The position numbers and the translations under genes are program-made. Below, piece by piece: positions 24,716 to 37,278 of a stretch of 64,000 bases of DNA. Origin of the DNA: Antedon mediterranea (lineage: Eukaryota > Animalia > Echinodermata); assembly GCF_964355755.1 (NCBI RefSeq), contig NC_092676.1, positions 17,006,871 to 17,070,870 on the forward strand, written 5' to 3'. Every line of letters starts with the position of its first letter. Position 1 is the stretch's first letter. Below the pieces are notes generated by a model. It ran no database searches. It was given only the letters and a program-made list of their open reading frames with translations, and was not told the origin of the DNA.

Positions 24716-25112
24716 GTAACAGCATCATCTACTCTATAATATCTAGTTTGAATCCATTCAATTTTGGACGAAATGTCTCTGAGTTTTTTGATGGTTTAAA
24801 GATATGAATTCGTGGTAAACAGAAATATTACAATATGGCCTACATGTATTCAGCGTGGCGTTCTGATAATAAAATACTGATTTTCGTAAACAATTAGAAT
24901 GCTAAATATTACCTCTGATTTAAGAGATGAATGGTATCACATGGTCTTGTTGTTTATAAACTACAGTTTCGTCGTTTATATTGATGGCACATTGAACATA
25001 GAATTACCGTGCTCAGATTGCTCCAATAATTGTTCGCAAAATCACTAAGATGAAGTAATTATTTTTAGTAAAACATTGTCATCTGAGGGAATGTCACATT
25101 TTATAAAATAAT
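24716..25112 (+). pseudogene. Third, highly decayed LamG paralog fragment (C-terminal half)
   Basis: tggtttaaagat (WFKD), gatgaatggtatcacatggtcttgttgttt (DEWYHMVLLF), gtttatattgatggc (VYIDG) and gatgaagtaattatttttagtaaaacattgtcatctgag (DEVIIFSKTLSSE). Confidence 0.75.
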
Positions 25113-25754
25113 TGTTCAGGAGTGATGCGTATATGACATACACTCATCAGACAGTTGAATGATTTTGAAGAAGGGAGGTGATTCCAGGTGTACGATTATA
25201 GACAAACTCCCGGATGATGTATGATTTCGGTTTCTGAACGGTATAAGTGAGATTCGTTTATTCAGTGTCATTAACTAGTCTATTAGAAACAGAGCTGACA
25301 GTAATATACTACGAATGATTCCAAATTACTTTGTCAGTATCATGAATTGTAAAGTTCCCATTACGCGCACCTTAAGTAAAAATCACTTGTGTTGTTTGTT
25401 ACGCGTATTGTATATGTGTACAATGTACGCGTACGCGTAAGCTATCACACACATGAATAATCTCAGCAGTCAACAGAACAATTATCGAAATAATCAAGTA
25501 AATGTAGCCAATGTGATTATGTGCAGCAGCCAATCGGAACTGTTGTTTTACCAAGAATATGTGGACGTAGATCAAGACACAACTTTGCGCTGATTACTAG
25601 CTGCATTATGGGAGTATGTTTCCATACGTGTTTGATCCAAAACATGACTGGGATAATAATGTTCAACGCTTAGAGGTTTCACAACATTAAGCGCTTTATA
25701 AATCCAGGATATTATATTATTATTATAATCCCACTTAAGTATTTAACTTAAGTC

Positions 25755-26190
25755 AATAAATATAAGCATTTATATACATATTTATATATGTATTTCTCTT
25801 AGTAGTCGCTAGAGTAAGAGGCTGTAAATATTCCGTATGTTCGTATTGTATTAGGCCCGATATTAAATAGTTAATCAAAATTTATTCAGCATGAATTTTA
25901 TTTTAGTTTGGTCTATAATTAAGTTTTCTTTTAAATATAAGACGCGATTGTATTGAAAGATGAAAGTATTTCACTTACGTCAATAAATATATAAGGATTT
26001 TTTTCAGATAAAAAAATGTATTTCCCTTAGTAGTCGCTACACTAAGCAAAGGGGCTGTACATATTCGTTATGTTCGTATTGTATTACAAGAAATAGATTG
26101 ATTCTGCATACATTTTAGTCTATAGGCCTAATGTAATTAAGTTTTCTTTTAAATATAAGACGCATTGCAATACGTATTGTATTGAAAGAT
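25755..26190. repeat. ~230-bp diverged tandem duplication
   Basis: cttagtagtcgcta...tatgttcgtattgtatta...aattaagttttcttttaaatataagacgc occurs twice. Confidence 0.75.
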
Positions 26191-26409
26191 AGTTTTTTAA
26201 AGATAATTCTGGTGCACCTTATTATTAGTTTTTGTATATATATATGCATATCAGTCACAATAGATATTGAAATTGCTTATGCGTTTGATTATAAACGGTA
26301 TTCAACAATAGGAAAAAAAAAGAGAAAAGGCCTATATGACAACACTAATGTAAATGTAAAAAAATTTTTAAACTGTTCTTTTCTAAATCATTATCCTCAA
26401 GTGCTTTAT

Positions 26410-28177
26410 TATTAGAGTTTGTTTTTAAAATATGAACTTATACAATAGTTGTATACAAGGTAATTGTTAAAATTGAACTGTAAACCAACAATACATTGAA
26501 ATATTTAAATTAAATAAACGCATCTTTATGTTCTCAAATAGAATTAAACATTTCAAGCGTGCTGGTATCTTTTCTTGTACCAAAGTTAATATCATAAAAG
26601 ATAATTTTTCTATTTGTTCCTTTTTTTTTTCAATATTAGGCCTATGTCCAATATTAATTTGCGTAAATCGTATTTGTGATTTGTGATACACGACATGCCA
26701 TAAAGAATTACAATAAAATGAATAACTATCAACGAACTTTACAAGGGAATACCTTTCGTAAAATCACAACTAATGCTAAGGCTTGGTTCCCACTAATAAA
26801 AGTAATTATGCCCCAACGCAACAACGCAGCGTAAGGACATACTTTTCAATTTCGCATCCCCCTCTAACGAGAAGTTGAATCGTCACTGTTGCGCATCGTA
26901 CTACGCATAGCAGAAATAGTGTTGAATATACTGTAGGCCTACGTCTACAGTAGTCCTACCATTTTTTTTTTAGTAATACTCCATGCCATAGTGGCATGGG
27001 AGCCTATACAAAATGTTGCCTTATTGTATCAGTTTCCAATTTTGACTTTTGACTATTACTTCTTGTGAACTTAGAGTTACTGTTAAAAAATGAATCTTTC
27101 ACGAAGCACGTAGTTTTAATTGCATTGATTGCAGGTTTAACAGTTTCCCATTATGTGTTTGTAATTTTATTATTAATCAAATTGTAAAAGTGTGAAATTA
27201 AAAAAATTAGTAGAAAGCAGTTAAAATGTTTTTTTATTTCTAAGCATTTAAAAGTTATCGGAAACTTTCTCATTACTGGACGCGCCTAACCATTATTTTG
27301 CTCATGACAAATCAGCAATGTCTTTATAAACACTATATACAACAATGAAGCCAATTTTATATGATTTATTTACTTTGGCTTGGCCGCATGTTGGTAGTAA
27401 TGATTACTCAAAGTCTAAATATGTTAATATAATAATTGTACATACTCTATATAATTCCCTAATATTTTATTCAGCTCTATTGAATGAATGAAAACAATAA
27501 CGTACCACTAAGCAATATTACAAGGCCATATAGATGGCTGCAGTCGCGTGCTCAAATTTGAGTTAGTGTTTTACCGACCAACCGACCGACCAACCGACCG
27601 ATATAGTGATCTGAGAGTCGCGTTGCACGCGACTAACAAGTAACATATTTTCAACAACAAAGGCAATTTTATATGATTCATTTACTTGGCTTGGCAGCAT
27701 GATGGTCGTAAACTAAAAGCGTGAAAAAAATTTTTAAAAGTTTAAGACTCTCTCAATATATCTCTATTACACATAACTTTTCAACAAGCAAACTAGGTAA
27801 TTAGGAATATTAATTTACTTGTCAGCATGATGGACGTACCGTTTAATTACAATCTATGTGATCTGTCATTGCGAAATTTGTTTTTGATATTGAAGTCTAT
27901 TTGAACAAATGGATAAAAAAGAACACTAAACTCAGTTATTGAGAACTCTCTCATTGTACCACTATCAATGCTTATGACAAATACCAACACAGGGTACAGA
28001 AATACAACACCGATAAAGCACTTTTAAGCAAAGTAAGCTTATCGTACAATTAGAATTATAGATGGATGTTTAATTGCATTTTTCAGTGTTATCTGTCATT
28101 GTAAATAATGTTATATTGAAGTCTATTGAACAAACGAATGAAAAACGAAATTCCATTTTAATTTAGACCACTGACAA
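26410..28177 (+). repeat. Segmental duplication copy B (3' flank of the arylsulfatase gene)
   Basis: Collinear with copy A but lacks the Tx1 insertion, and carries its own small insertions. Confidence 0.85.
27520..27635 (+). mobile_element. Small Helentron/HINE-like non-autonomous element
   Basis: agtcgcgtg subterminal motif, (ccga/ccaa)n microsatellite and a 3' palindrome agtcgcgttgcacgcgact. Absent from the paralogous site near 22785. Confidence 0.5.
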
Positions 28178-28426
28178 AAGCTGTGGCTGGCAACCAATTT
28201 GCTTTTAATTACAGTTTAATTATTTTTTCCGATCCAATTTTCGGTCAACTATTATGTGACATTAAAATACTCCAATAATTAAAACAATTTTTTTCAGGGG
28301 AACAAATTATCGTTAATCAATATATGAAGTGCTATTGCAAAATAATTATAATGTGGATAGAAATATAAATCAAAACAGCCAATTAATGTGAAAGCTATAC
28401 AGTGTAATCTGGATACCATAAGGTGC

Positions 28427-31100
28427 CTAAATTCGATGTCTGTTTCCATGTTTCTGATCTTTTTCCATAGACCCGTGACATGATTGGTCTAGTGGAAAAA
28501 GATCAGCGCTATATTGTGATTTACATTTACAACAGTGTGGAAATGGTTTGCACTCGGGGTCACAACACATCTGGGCTGTGACATCGAAATCTGTAAGAAC
28601 ACTTTCACCAAACTCGATTTGACTAGAAACATTGAACAACTGTTCTGTCATAAGTTGCAGTGTCGACCAATAGTGATCTGTGTCATTGGACAATGCATGG
28701 CGTTCTTCTGGGTCAAGAAGGAGGTCGTATAAAATGTATGGTTGTGTATCACAACGCCATCCTCCGTTGCTGTTCGGACACACTTCTTCGCAACTAATAT
28801 TTTGAATTTTATATTGATTGTTACGGATACCTATTGCGCCTATTTCTGGATCTGGCCTTGTGGGATAATACAAAATCGTTCTTCTGCGGCTCTATGATAT
28901 TATAAAATACAATAAAAAAAAATTAAAAAATGATGTACAATGTTAACAAATGTAAACTGTAAAGAAAAGAAAATATGTTTAAGAAAGTTCTAAAAGTGTC
29001 AAATGTCACAAATAATTTCTCTACAGCATTCTCCCTTTTGTAAGAAACAGTAGATAAGCAAGACATTTGCACAGAACAAATTATAAACCTTCTCCGGTGA
29101 TATATAAATAGGCCTATATTTCACACTTGATATCTTGTTAGGGCAGAACATATCAATCTATAGTAGGCTACAATAATTGTTTTTCGTAAATCTATATGGA
29201 TTTGAGTGAATATAGGCATTTTAATAAAAACGATTTAATTAATATCCAATGTATGTACAATTCTAACCTTTGTGTGTGAAAAAATAACATTGGAAAAATC
29301 AATTCCATCGAGAACGACGTTAAAATCATCCTCCAAAGAACCGCTTAGTCTTCGAAGTGTTGGCCATATATCCAAATGACTAAGTAATTCTAATGATATG
29401 CCGCTTTTAATGTGGCCTGGCCAACTTAGTATAGTTGGTACACGATGTCCACCTTCGAATGTTGATTCTTTTCCACATCGCATTTGGCCGCTAAATCCAC
29501 CATTTTCCATCTGTTCTAAATCTGGACTAAAAGGGCATACAATGTCCGGTTATAATTTAAGAAACGTTAGTTAATTTCAACTGAGATAAAGAATAAATTA
29601 ACGACTAATATATAGCGTGTACATTGTACTTTACACGTATATATACCACATGCCTACTTACATAACATAATAATATACATTTATTCATCCCTACTATACA
29701 CGGTGTTGTGAACTTACCCATTATCTGAGGTAAATATTACGAGAGTATTCTCAAGCAAATCGTGTTTCATTAATTCATCAATAACTTGTCCTACTTGCCA
29801 ATCCAATTCTGCCAAAGAATCGATGTAATGACCACCAACATTTTTGTTTGCGAATCTTTGACCGGCAAACTGTGGAACTTGTGTATGCTGGAATGCATAG
29901 AATAGAAGGAATGGTGTACTTGAGCAAGAATACTCCTGAATCCAACTTGTAGCTGCTCTAGCATATCTTTCTGATAGTGTGGTCAAATCTACTGGTTGTT
30001 CAAGAATACTGTTTCCATACATTAGCTGACAAGGAGCATGTTTAACTATACATTCATCGTAGTCACACGGTTCGTCTGGATAGAAGCATATCTCACATGG
30101 ACAATCAGAGTGTGTGTGTGGTACACCAAAGTATTTATCAAAACCATGTTGCAACGGAAGAAATTCTCTGTCGTATCCAACACCAAGATGCCATTTTCCA
30201 ATGTAAGCTGATTTATAGTCTTGTTCGGCTAGCATTTCGGCAATGGTTATTTCTTCGTGTGGTAAACCTCCTGTTAACTCTTGATTAAAGACTGCAGTAT
30301 CTTTTCCCCAGACACCTGAACGAACTGGATAACGTCCAGTTAAAATTGCAGCTCTGTTATAAAAGTAACAGAATAAAAGGTCCAATATTTTGCAACAGTG
30401 GCTGTGTGAGCTTAGTACACTTAGTTGTCTCGAAAGGTGTACCAGGTTCTCTAAAATGCACATGAACACTTTGTGTACACTTACTACGGTGTATAGTCCG
30501 TGTACCACCAGGACCATGATAAGAGAGTGACCCTCAAACCCTTGCCATAAGACTATGGATTATGGTTCCACTGTCTTATCCGCTCATGATTTTCAAATTA
30601 TGCATCAGAGGGTTCAACCAAGGCTAACAACAGGACAAACATTTCTTCATGAATATTGTTTCCATCTAGCCTACACGCAAGGTGCATTGAAAGAGTTACA
30701 TTTTCTCTTTTTATGATATTATATTTTTAAAGATAAATTGCGTCCGAATTTAAATTGATTGATATTCAAAGGCACCATTATACAGACTTGCAACATAAAA
30801 TGCACCAGAAGTAAATGACACGCTAAAATTATTATTTTTGCAGGCCTAGTCACATAGGCTTTAAAACCTTTACCTTGATGGACTGCCGACAGACGAAGCA
30901 CTGTAGAACTGCGTGAACTTCAAACCATTTTTAGCAAGCTTATTGATGTTTGGTGTATCTGCCAACGGATTGCCGTAAACTGCAGGATCGGAAAAGCCCA
31001 TATCATCGGCTAGAAATATCACGAAGTTTGGTTTGTTACTATTTGCAGCCAGAGCAGGCATGATTGAAAACAGTTCCAATAATATTACGAATCTGTCCAT
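28427..31100 (-). CDS. Arylsulfatase A-like protein, 4 coding exons, 528 aa; catalytic Cys replaced by Gly
   Basis: Exons 31100-30874, 30353-29718, 29526-29268 and 28891-28427, all GT-AG and phase-consistent. Signal peptide. Motifs KPNFVIFLADDMG, (G)SPSRAAILTGRYP, GKWHLG, FTSDNGP, GKESTFEGGHRVP and LYDLLLDPEE; Cys-rich C-terminus as in ARSA. Confidence 0.92.
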
Positions 31101-32999
31101 CGATACGATTCGAGAGTAGATAATACTATGTAAAAGAAAAAAACAATAGATGTAGGTGGTGGGTGAATAATGCAACCCGATTCTACTTTCATTACATACA
31201 CGTCACCCAAACTAATTAATTTTTAATACACTTTTCTCTGTCGCTGACCGACCGTGCCTGCCTATTTTAAATACAAATAAGGCTTGTCTCAAAGACGATA
31301 GCCAGTTATGTTGTATCTAACGACATCGGTCGATGATACATAAGACCACATAACACATGGTCTATATGTAGGCCTAATGTAATAAAAAAAATGAAATAAA
31401 GGTGAGTGAAATTCAACAAAAGAGAAAAAAACATTTCGATAAATAGTCATACCGTACGTAAAAAAAAAATTACAAACATTATTAATAACAGTAGAAATAA
31501 CAATTGTAATAATAATAATCATCATCAGATTGTAAAAATAGTCAAAACCATATTACATTATTAAGTGGAATAGTAAACACCATAATTATGATCATTTTAA
31601 AAACAGAAACAAAATACTTACGTAGGTTTAATGAATAGGGCCTACACTACCAGTAGTATAGAACGCAATACAAGGAGTATCGGAAAACAGGAATAGGCCA
31701 ACAATTACTGTTAAACAATGACACGCAAGAGCCGATAACTTAATTAATTTAACAGTGAATTTGCTGGTAGAAAGATACCTGTACTTTGGTTTTAATTATG
31801 CCAACCCATTCATCATTTACAAACATGTCCTTTATCAAATTAATTAATGAATATTATAGCAATACATAATACTTGTTATTATTCACACATAATTTCAGAT
31901 TTCACTATGAATAATATGTGACATATTTAAAATATCCGGGTTTCGGATTGAGGTACGTGAAGGTTCGGCCGCTGTACTAAAACGATCTAATCTCAAAATT
32001 ATTTACTACATACCACACTGTAAGTCCAACTATTTTAGGCCAATTAAACAATGTACTAATTAGTTATTATTAGGTATTCAAATTAATAAGCCCTAATAGA
32101 TAAATAATGTGGCCGTATGCATATTCGGTAGGCCCTACCATCCGTTTGTTGAATAAATCACTTTTTAAAGATTTCTATTGTGTGTATTGTAAATTGTAAT
32201 ATTAGTTATATCCCAGCCGCGGGAGTTCACTACACGTTCACCGACATGTAGGCATGTAATCTATAATAATAATAAATTCAATAATGTAGTTATATAGGCC
32301 TTTACCATACGAATAATTTTTCTTGTGCGCGACTCGGCCGTAAGTGGATAGGGCAGGCCAACAAAGCCGCCTCCCACTTAGGACGCAACGCAAGGACGCA
32401 AGCGCAAAGTAAGCGAGTTGACCAATGACACAGTTAATAATAATATCATTTACTTAATCCATATTGTGATTTGTCAGATTATAACTCCATGGTCAGATTA
32501 TTAAAATATCAATAGGCCTATTACCGGGCGGGCCTATACAACTAATATTAAAATCCTTTTTTTGTTATGATCCGATAACATTGTACATTTGATTGTAATA
32601 TTGGCTCTGTTCAAGAAATAGCTCTGGAAAGAACCACCAGGTAGCACATAATGGTCCGACAACCCTTTGAAATTCAATATTATGGTTCTGGTGAAGAACA
32701 GAGTAACAGCGCCACCAACCAGAGAAGGGTAGGTACGAAACGTGACGCGCGCACACTCTCGCTCCTAGATCCTTCTCTCTCTGCCTGCTTGATGGTGGTG
32801 TGTGTGTCCCGACTTCCCACCTCCTCCGGTCCGGGCCTAGAAAAAAAGAGGAACTTTTTCTATTAATAATTATTGCAAACGTATTTATCGTTATTAATAT
32901 TAGTTTTCCAAGAATTTGTGAATCGTGTTAATAAAGGTAAGTCTGGGCAGAGACGTTTGTTTTTACAGATAGGATGATTAAAATGTATAAATCCAGGCC

Positions 33000-33440
33000 T
33001 CACTACTGTACTAGCTAGCCAGCTAGGCCTAGTAGGCTAGGCTAGTATAGGCCTAGCCGGCTAGGCCTCCGGCCAGGCCTAGTATAGTTAGTGGGACGGA
33101 GGGAAGGGCCTACCTAGCCGTAGTAGGCTGCCCCTCTGCCTAACTTGAAAGCTAGACTATGCCTGGCCGGAGGCTAGTAGGGTAGGCTAGGCTAGTTGCA
33201 AGATATACTAGCCTAATAACTATCTAGGCTAGCGTACCTATCTAGTAGGCCTATTATTGTCTTCTTAATCATCATTCTTAATCTTAGTAGCCTAGGCTAG
33301 GCCTAACCTAGGAGAGGCTAGAGGCCTTAGTTAACGGGGCCTTAGCCTACTAGTAGGCTATTTAGCTACCCTAAGAGACTAGCTATGCCTATTTATAGAG
33401 TCTTATTAATATTATCTAGTAGTATAGTACTGTACTGTAC
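33000..33440. repeat. CTAG/TAGGCCTA-rich low-complexity tract at the start of the first intron of the ankyrin gene
   Basis: Dense taggcctag/agctag/ctagta words beginning about 60 bp after the donor aag|gtaagt at 32937. Confidence 0.7.
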
Positions 33441-33629
33441 ATTAGCTAACTGAAGAATAGGCGTTGGACCAAATGTGATTGTGATCAGGTCAGCCACAAA
33501 AATATGTTGGCCCCCAACACAATATTAAATATTATTGTATTCAACCTGTTTATAAAAATGCACCAGATACACAAATCCAATTTAATATATATATTCCGTT
33601 TTACTGCTTGTAATAGCTATATACTTGTA

Positions 33630-36600
33630 ACCACAGCAAATTCCGTGGCTAAGTGCCCTGATTTCTGGTTTCTCCCTACCGTCTGCACATGCCGTACGTC
33701 ACATGTACTACTATAGATCCGAGCGCCCGCAGACGGTTGGTATGCTCAGGCCATTTATTCATTGGCCACCCCCTGGGGTCAATACTATACTTGCCCCAGT
33801 TTTGAAAAGGAGGTAGTCACCCGGCTAGCGTTGCTACCCAGCCCCTGAGACTGGGTTCGCGGAATTTGCTATCTCCTTGTGACATAATAAAATATGGCAC
33901 CCGGCCGTGCAAGTTATAATTAAAAACTTTGAAATTGAAAATGTAACCCTTTATTGGGTATCGACACCGCTGAGACTTAAAACGGCTCTCGACGAGCGGC
34001 GCATTTGTATCAGTCAATATTGATCGCACAAGCTGCGAAATATTGACACATACTCCATATTCTCCCTATGTAAAGGAGCCCGTCCTCTCCGATACGTTAC
34101 CAATCCCGATTTAGCCACAAGTGTTTGTCGCCAGACTGGAGCTCAATAATTCTTCCACATCAGTCTGAGCCATACGACCTCGATCATAGTCCCACCTGGG
34201 TCCACCAGAACCCCTCTTCATTAGGGTCCGATTCTATCTGCCGGATTTTTAAAATAGGGACCACGTCATTTACGTCCTCCCGGAAACGCAATAAGAGCAT
34301 CCACCGCATGGCAAATCCCCGGGGTAGACTCCCTGCTTAAAGTGGAGAACAGAATTGTATAATCAGCAGCAGTATCTACTACAGCTACCGGGTGAACCCC
34401 ATTTACAAACACTGTGGCATGCAATGCTTTAGCTGACTCTACCCTATTTACCACTATTCATGGTTCCCTTTCCTTTAACCTACCGGTGTTTACAGATACC
34501 CCCAGAGGATCCCCACCCGGGTACCTCTTCCTTCTTAGCGCACGAGCCTTCAAAACGCTGGCAGTCGGTGGTCAGGCTCGACCCCAGACCCCTATTCGTT
34601 TAAAGGATCTTCTTGTTCCCCTACCTGCCTGGCTTGCCGCGCTAATTTTGAGCATTCTCTTTTAAAATGACCCACCTCATTGCATTCAAAGCAGCGGTCC
34701 CGGGTAGTAATAGCTGATTGGGGAGGAAGTGGAGGCCCTGCACCCATTCGGTCCCTGTATCAGTATCTCCAAGACCCTTTTTAGCAACCCTTTAACCTGG
34801 GCCAAATCTGCCTCTATTGCCATAACGCTCTTACATAACCCACCTGATTGGGCCTCGTACCCACCTCTAGGTGGTTGTCTGTAAAAACCCCCGTTCTCCA
34901 TCCCTCGGCCGTTCCAAGGCAAAACCGCGTAACTCGCATTTTGGTCAATTTTGAGATTTTTACATTTGGGGAATTATTACAAATTTATGAACAACCTGTA
35001 AAAATTTCAGGTTTCAGAGATCATTATTTTTAGAGATAGTACCACGTATCTTTAAGCAAAAAACAAATACTTCTAGTATTTTCCAAGGCAAAACAACGTA
35101 TCTACCAGATACATTGTTCTGCCACGGAAATGCATACAATTTTCCCTTTAAATTCTCACAATCAGCTAAGTTACGTAATTTTTAGATAGAAACCGCTGAT
35201 GCATGACAATATGCATACTGTAGCAACGATCTCAACTAAAAGTATAAGATATATTAAACAATACTAGGCTTATTAGGCTAGACAACTAATTTAATGTATT
35301 AAAATTTATTCTAAGAATTAACTATATTTACGAAAAAGTTTAGGCAAGCTTGAAACTAGGCTAGGCTATTATTTTTGACAGACCTACCTACAGTAATCTA
35401 GCCAAGGCCTAGTACCCCAGTACTGTCAATGGAACTAGGCTAGTATGACGGCCGTTTTTGCATTGTTGTACGTGTGCCTTGTAGTAGCAGGTTAGTACCG
35501 TAGGTAGGCTATAACATAATAATGTAAGTCTATATCATAAATAGTAGATCAAAATGGCTAAGCCTAGCTTCAAATGCACTCTTTGTTAAGCCAACCTAGT
35601 TGGTAGGCATTATTAGTGATTGCAGCCCTCCCTGTTGTTCAAAAAGAGTTTCAATCCATTGTTTTTAAAATCATCACAGTTACGTTGTTTTGCCATGGAA
35701 TGACCACAGTTACATGGTTTTGCCACAGGATATCGCAGTTACGTTGTTTTGCCTAAGAAATGACTTTCACATCATTTCCAAGGCAAAACAACGTATCTGT
35801 TAAAAGTGGTAATAACTTTTGATAAATTGTTTAAATTATTTAACATTTCATATTTAATAATAATTATTATTTATATATACTCATGCAAAATTTCACATCA
35901 TTACGATAATTTGTTGCTGAAATGCAAACACTCAAACTTCAATTAAATTTTTCTCGAAAAGCAACATTTTGTAGTTACGTTGTTTTGACTAACTGGACTA
36001 CGGGCTCCCCCTCGCTATCATTGTCCTCAGGTTGGACGGGAGTAGAAGAAAGTGGGCGTGATGGTGCAATCGGCCTAGTCGAGACCGTTGGAGACCTTGC
36101 TGGGGTGGTGGTGACGCTATTTCTTTTCCCCACATAGTTTCATAAAGAGATTGGAGGCTGTTAAATTTGTTGTACTTAATAAGCACCTCGGACATAGTAT
36201 AGTAGCGCAGTTTTCGAAAAGTACCAATTTCCCCACCCCCCGTGTTACGGCACCCAATACAGAACTTCATTGCTGAATATCTCTGTATCCATTCATTGGA
36301 AAGCGGCTTGAACGCTTTCCTCGTTAAAACCTGGTCGGCCCATTCCCCTACTGTCTCCGTTTCATGTTGGGCCGGGGAATGAACACTAAGATCATTCTGA
36401 TCTCTACCAAGGAAGACACTGAAGCTAGCATCTGACGAAAATCTTCTGGTGACAACCTAGGGTTAGGTGAAAAATCAAATCTGCTTGAGAATTCCGGCTT
36501 CTTACTAAAGACCCATTAATAGAACCTATTTCTATTACGGACGAAATATTACCTAATCTAGTCCTAAGGGACAACATTTTGTCCGCCCGAACCACTCCGA

Positions 36601-36900
36601 TCCCCGGAATATTGCATAATTGCTCGAGTGTACAAAAATTCAACCGAGTGCGATTCCCATCTATCGGCATGGTAGTTTAACAACCAAAACCCGGACTCTA
36701 ACTATAATCCCTAAACCGGGAATTTTTAACCCCGCCGATGGAGATCGATTTTTTATTTCCAAAAGCGGACTAACTATTAATTAATAATTAATTAATAACA
36801 ATCCAAATAGACACACAAATATGTATCCAATTAATTAATATTAACACTACCGTACCGCAATACCACTAATCTTTTTCCACTGACCCTGAAAACTAATTTG
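33630..36900 (-). mobile_element. Decayed LTR-retroelement-like remnant: HhH domain, CCHC knuckle, aspartic protease
   Basis: 36670-36540 reads LNFCTLEQLCNIPGIGVVRADKMLSLR (ComEA/HHH_3-like). 34693-34652 reads CFECNEVGHFKREC. Near 34370 it reads VFVNGVHPVAVVDTAADYTIL. More GC-rich than the flanks. LTRs were not resolved, so boundaries are approximate. Confidence 0.6.
34909..35996. mobile_element. Non-autonomous TIR DNA transposon inserted in the retroelement remnant
   Basis: Imperfect TIRs CCGTTCCAAGGCAAAACCGCGTAACT and AGTTACGTTGTTTTGACTAACTGG. Internal copies of ggcaaaacaacgta in both orientations at ~35085, 35680, 35710, 35740 and 35780. Confidence 0.7.
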
Positions 36901-37278
36901 CATAATATGCAGCACAAGTCTGTCCGATATCTCGCTAACACAAATTCCATACACATGGTTGTAGTGAAATTAGCCTAAATCACACACAGCTTCAAGACAC
37001 ACACATATATATATATTTTCATGGAGAAATCTTATGTAGGAGAATTTTACAGTAGGCGGAGGTACTGTATGCACTCGGAGGGGCTTTCTAGTTTTATTTT
37101 AATAGTTAAAAGAGCTTTGTATCTGTAATGCTGTATATGTACATTCGAATACGAAATAAAGAATAAATTAAATGAAATATTAGGCGTTTATAATTTTGAA
37201 TATGAGGCAACAATTACTCATTTCATTTAAAATAAGTTGTTTTTATGATACATTAAATTATCATTTCAGGTGAACACG

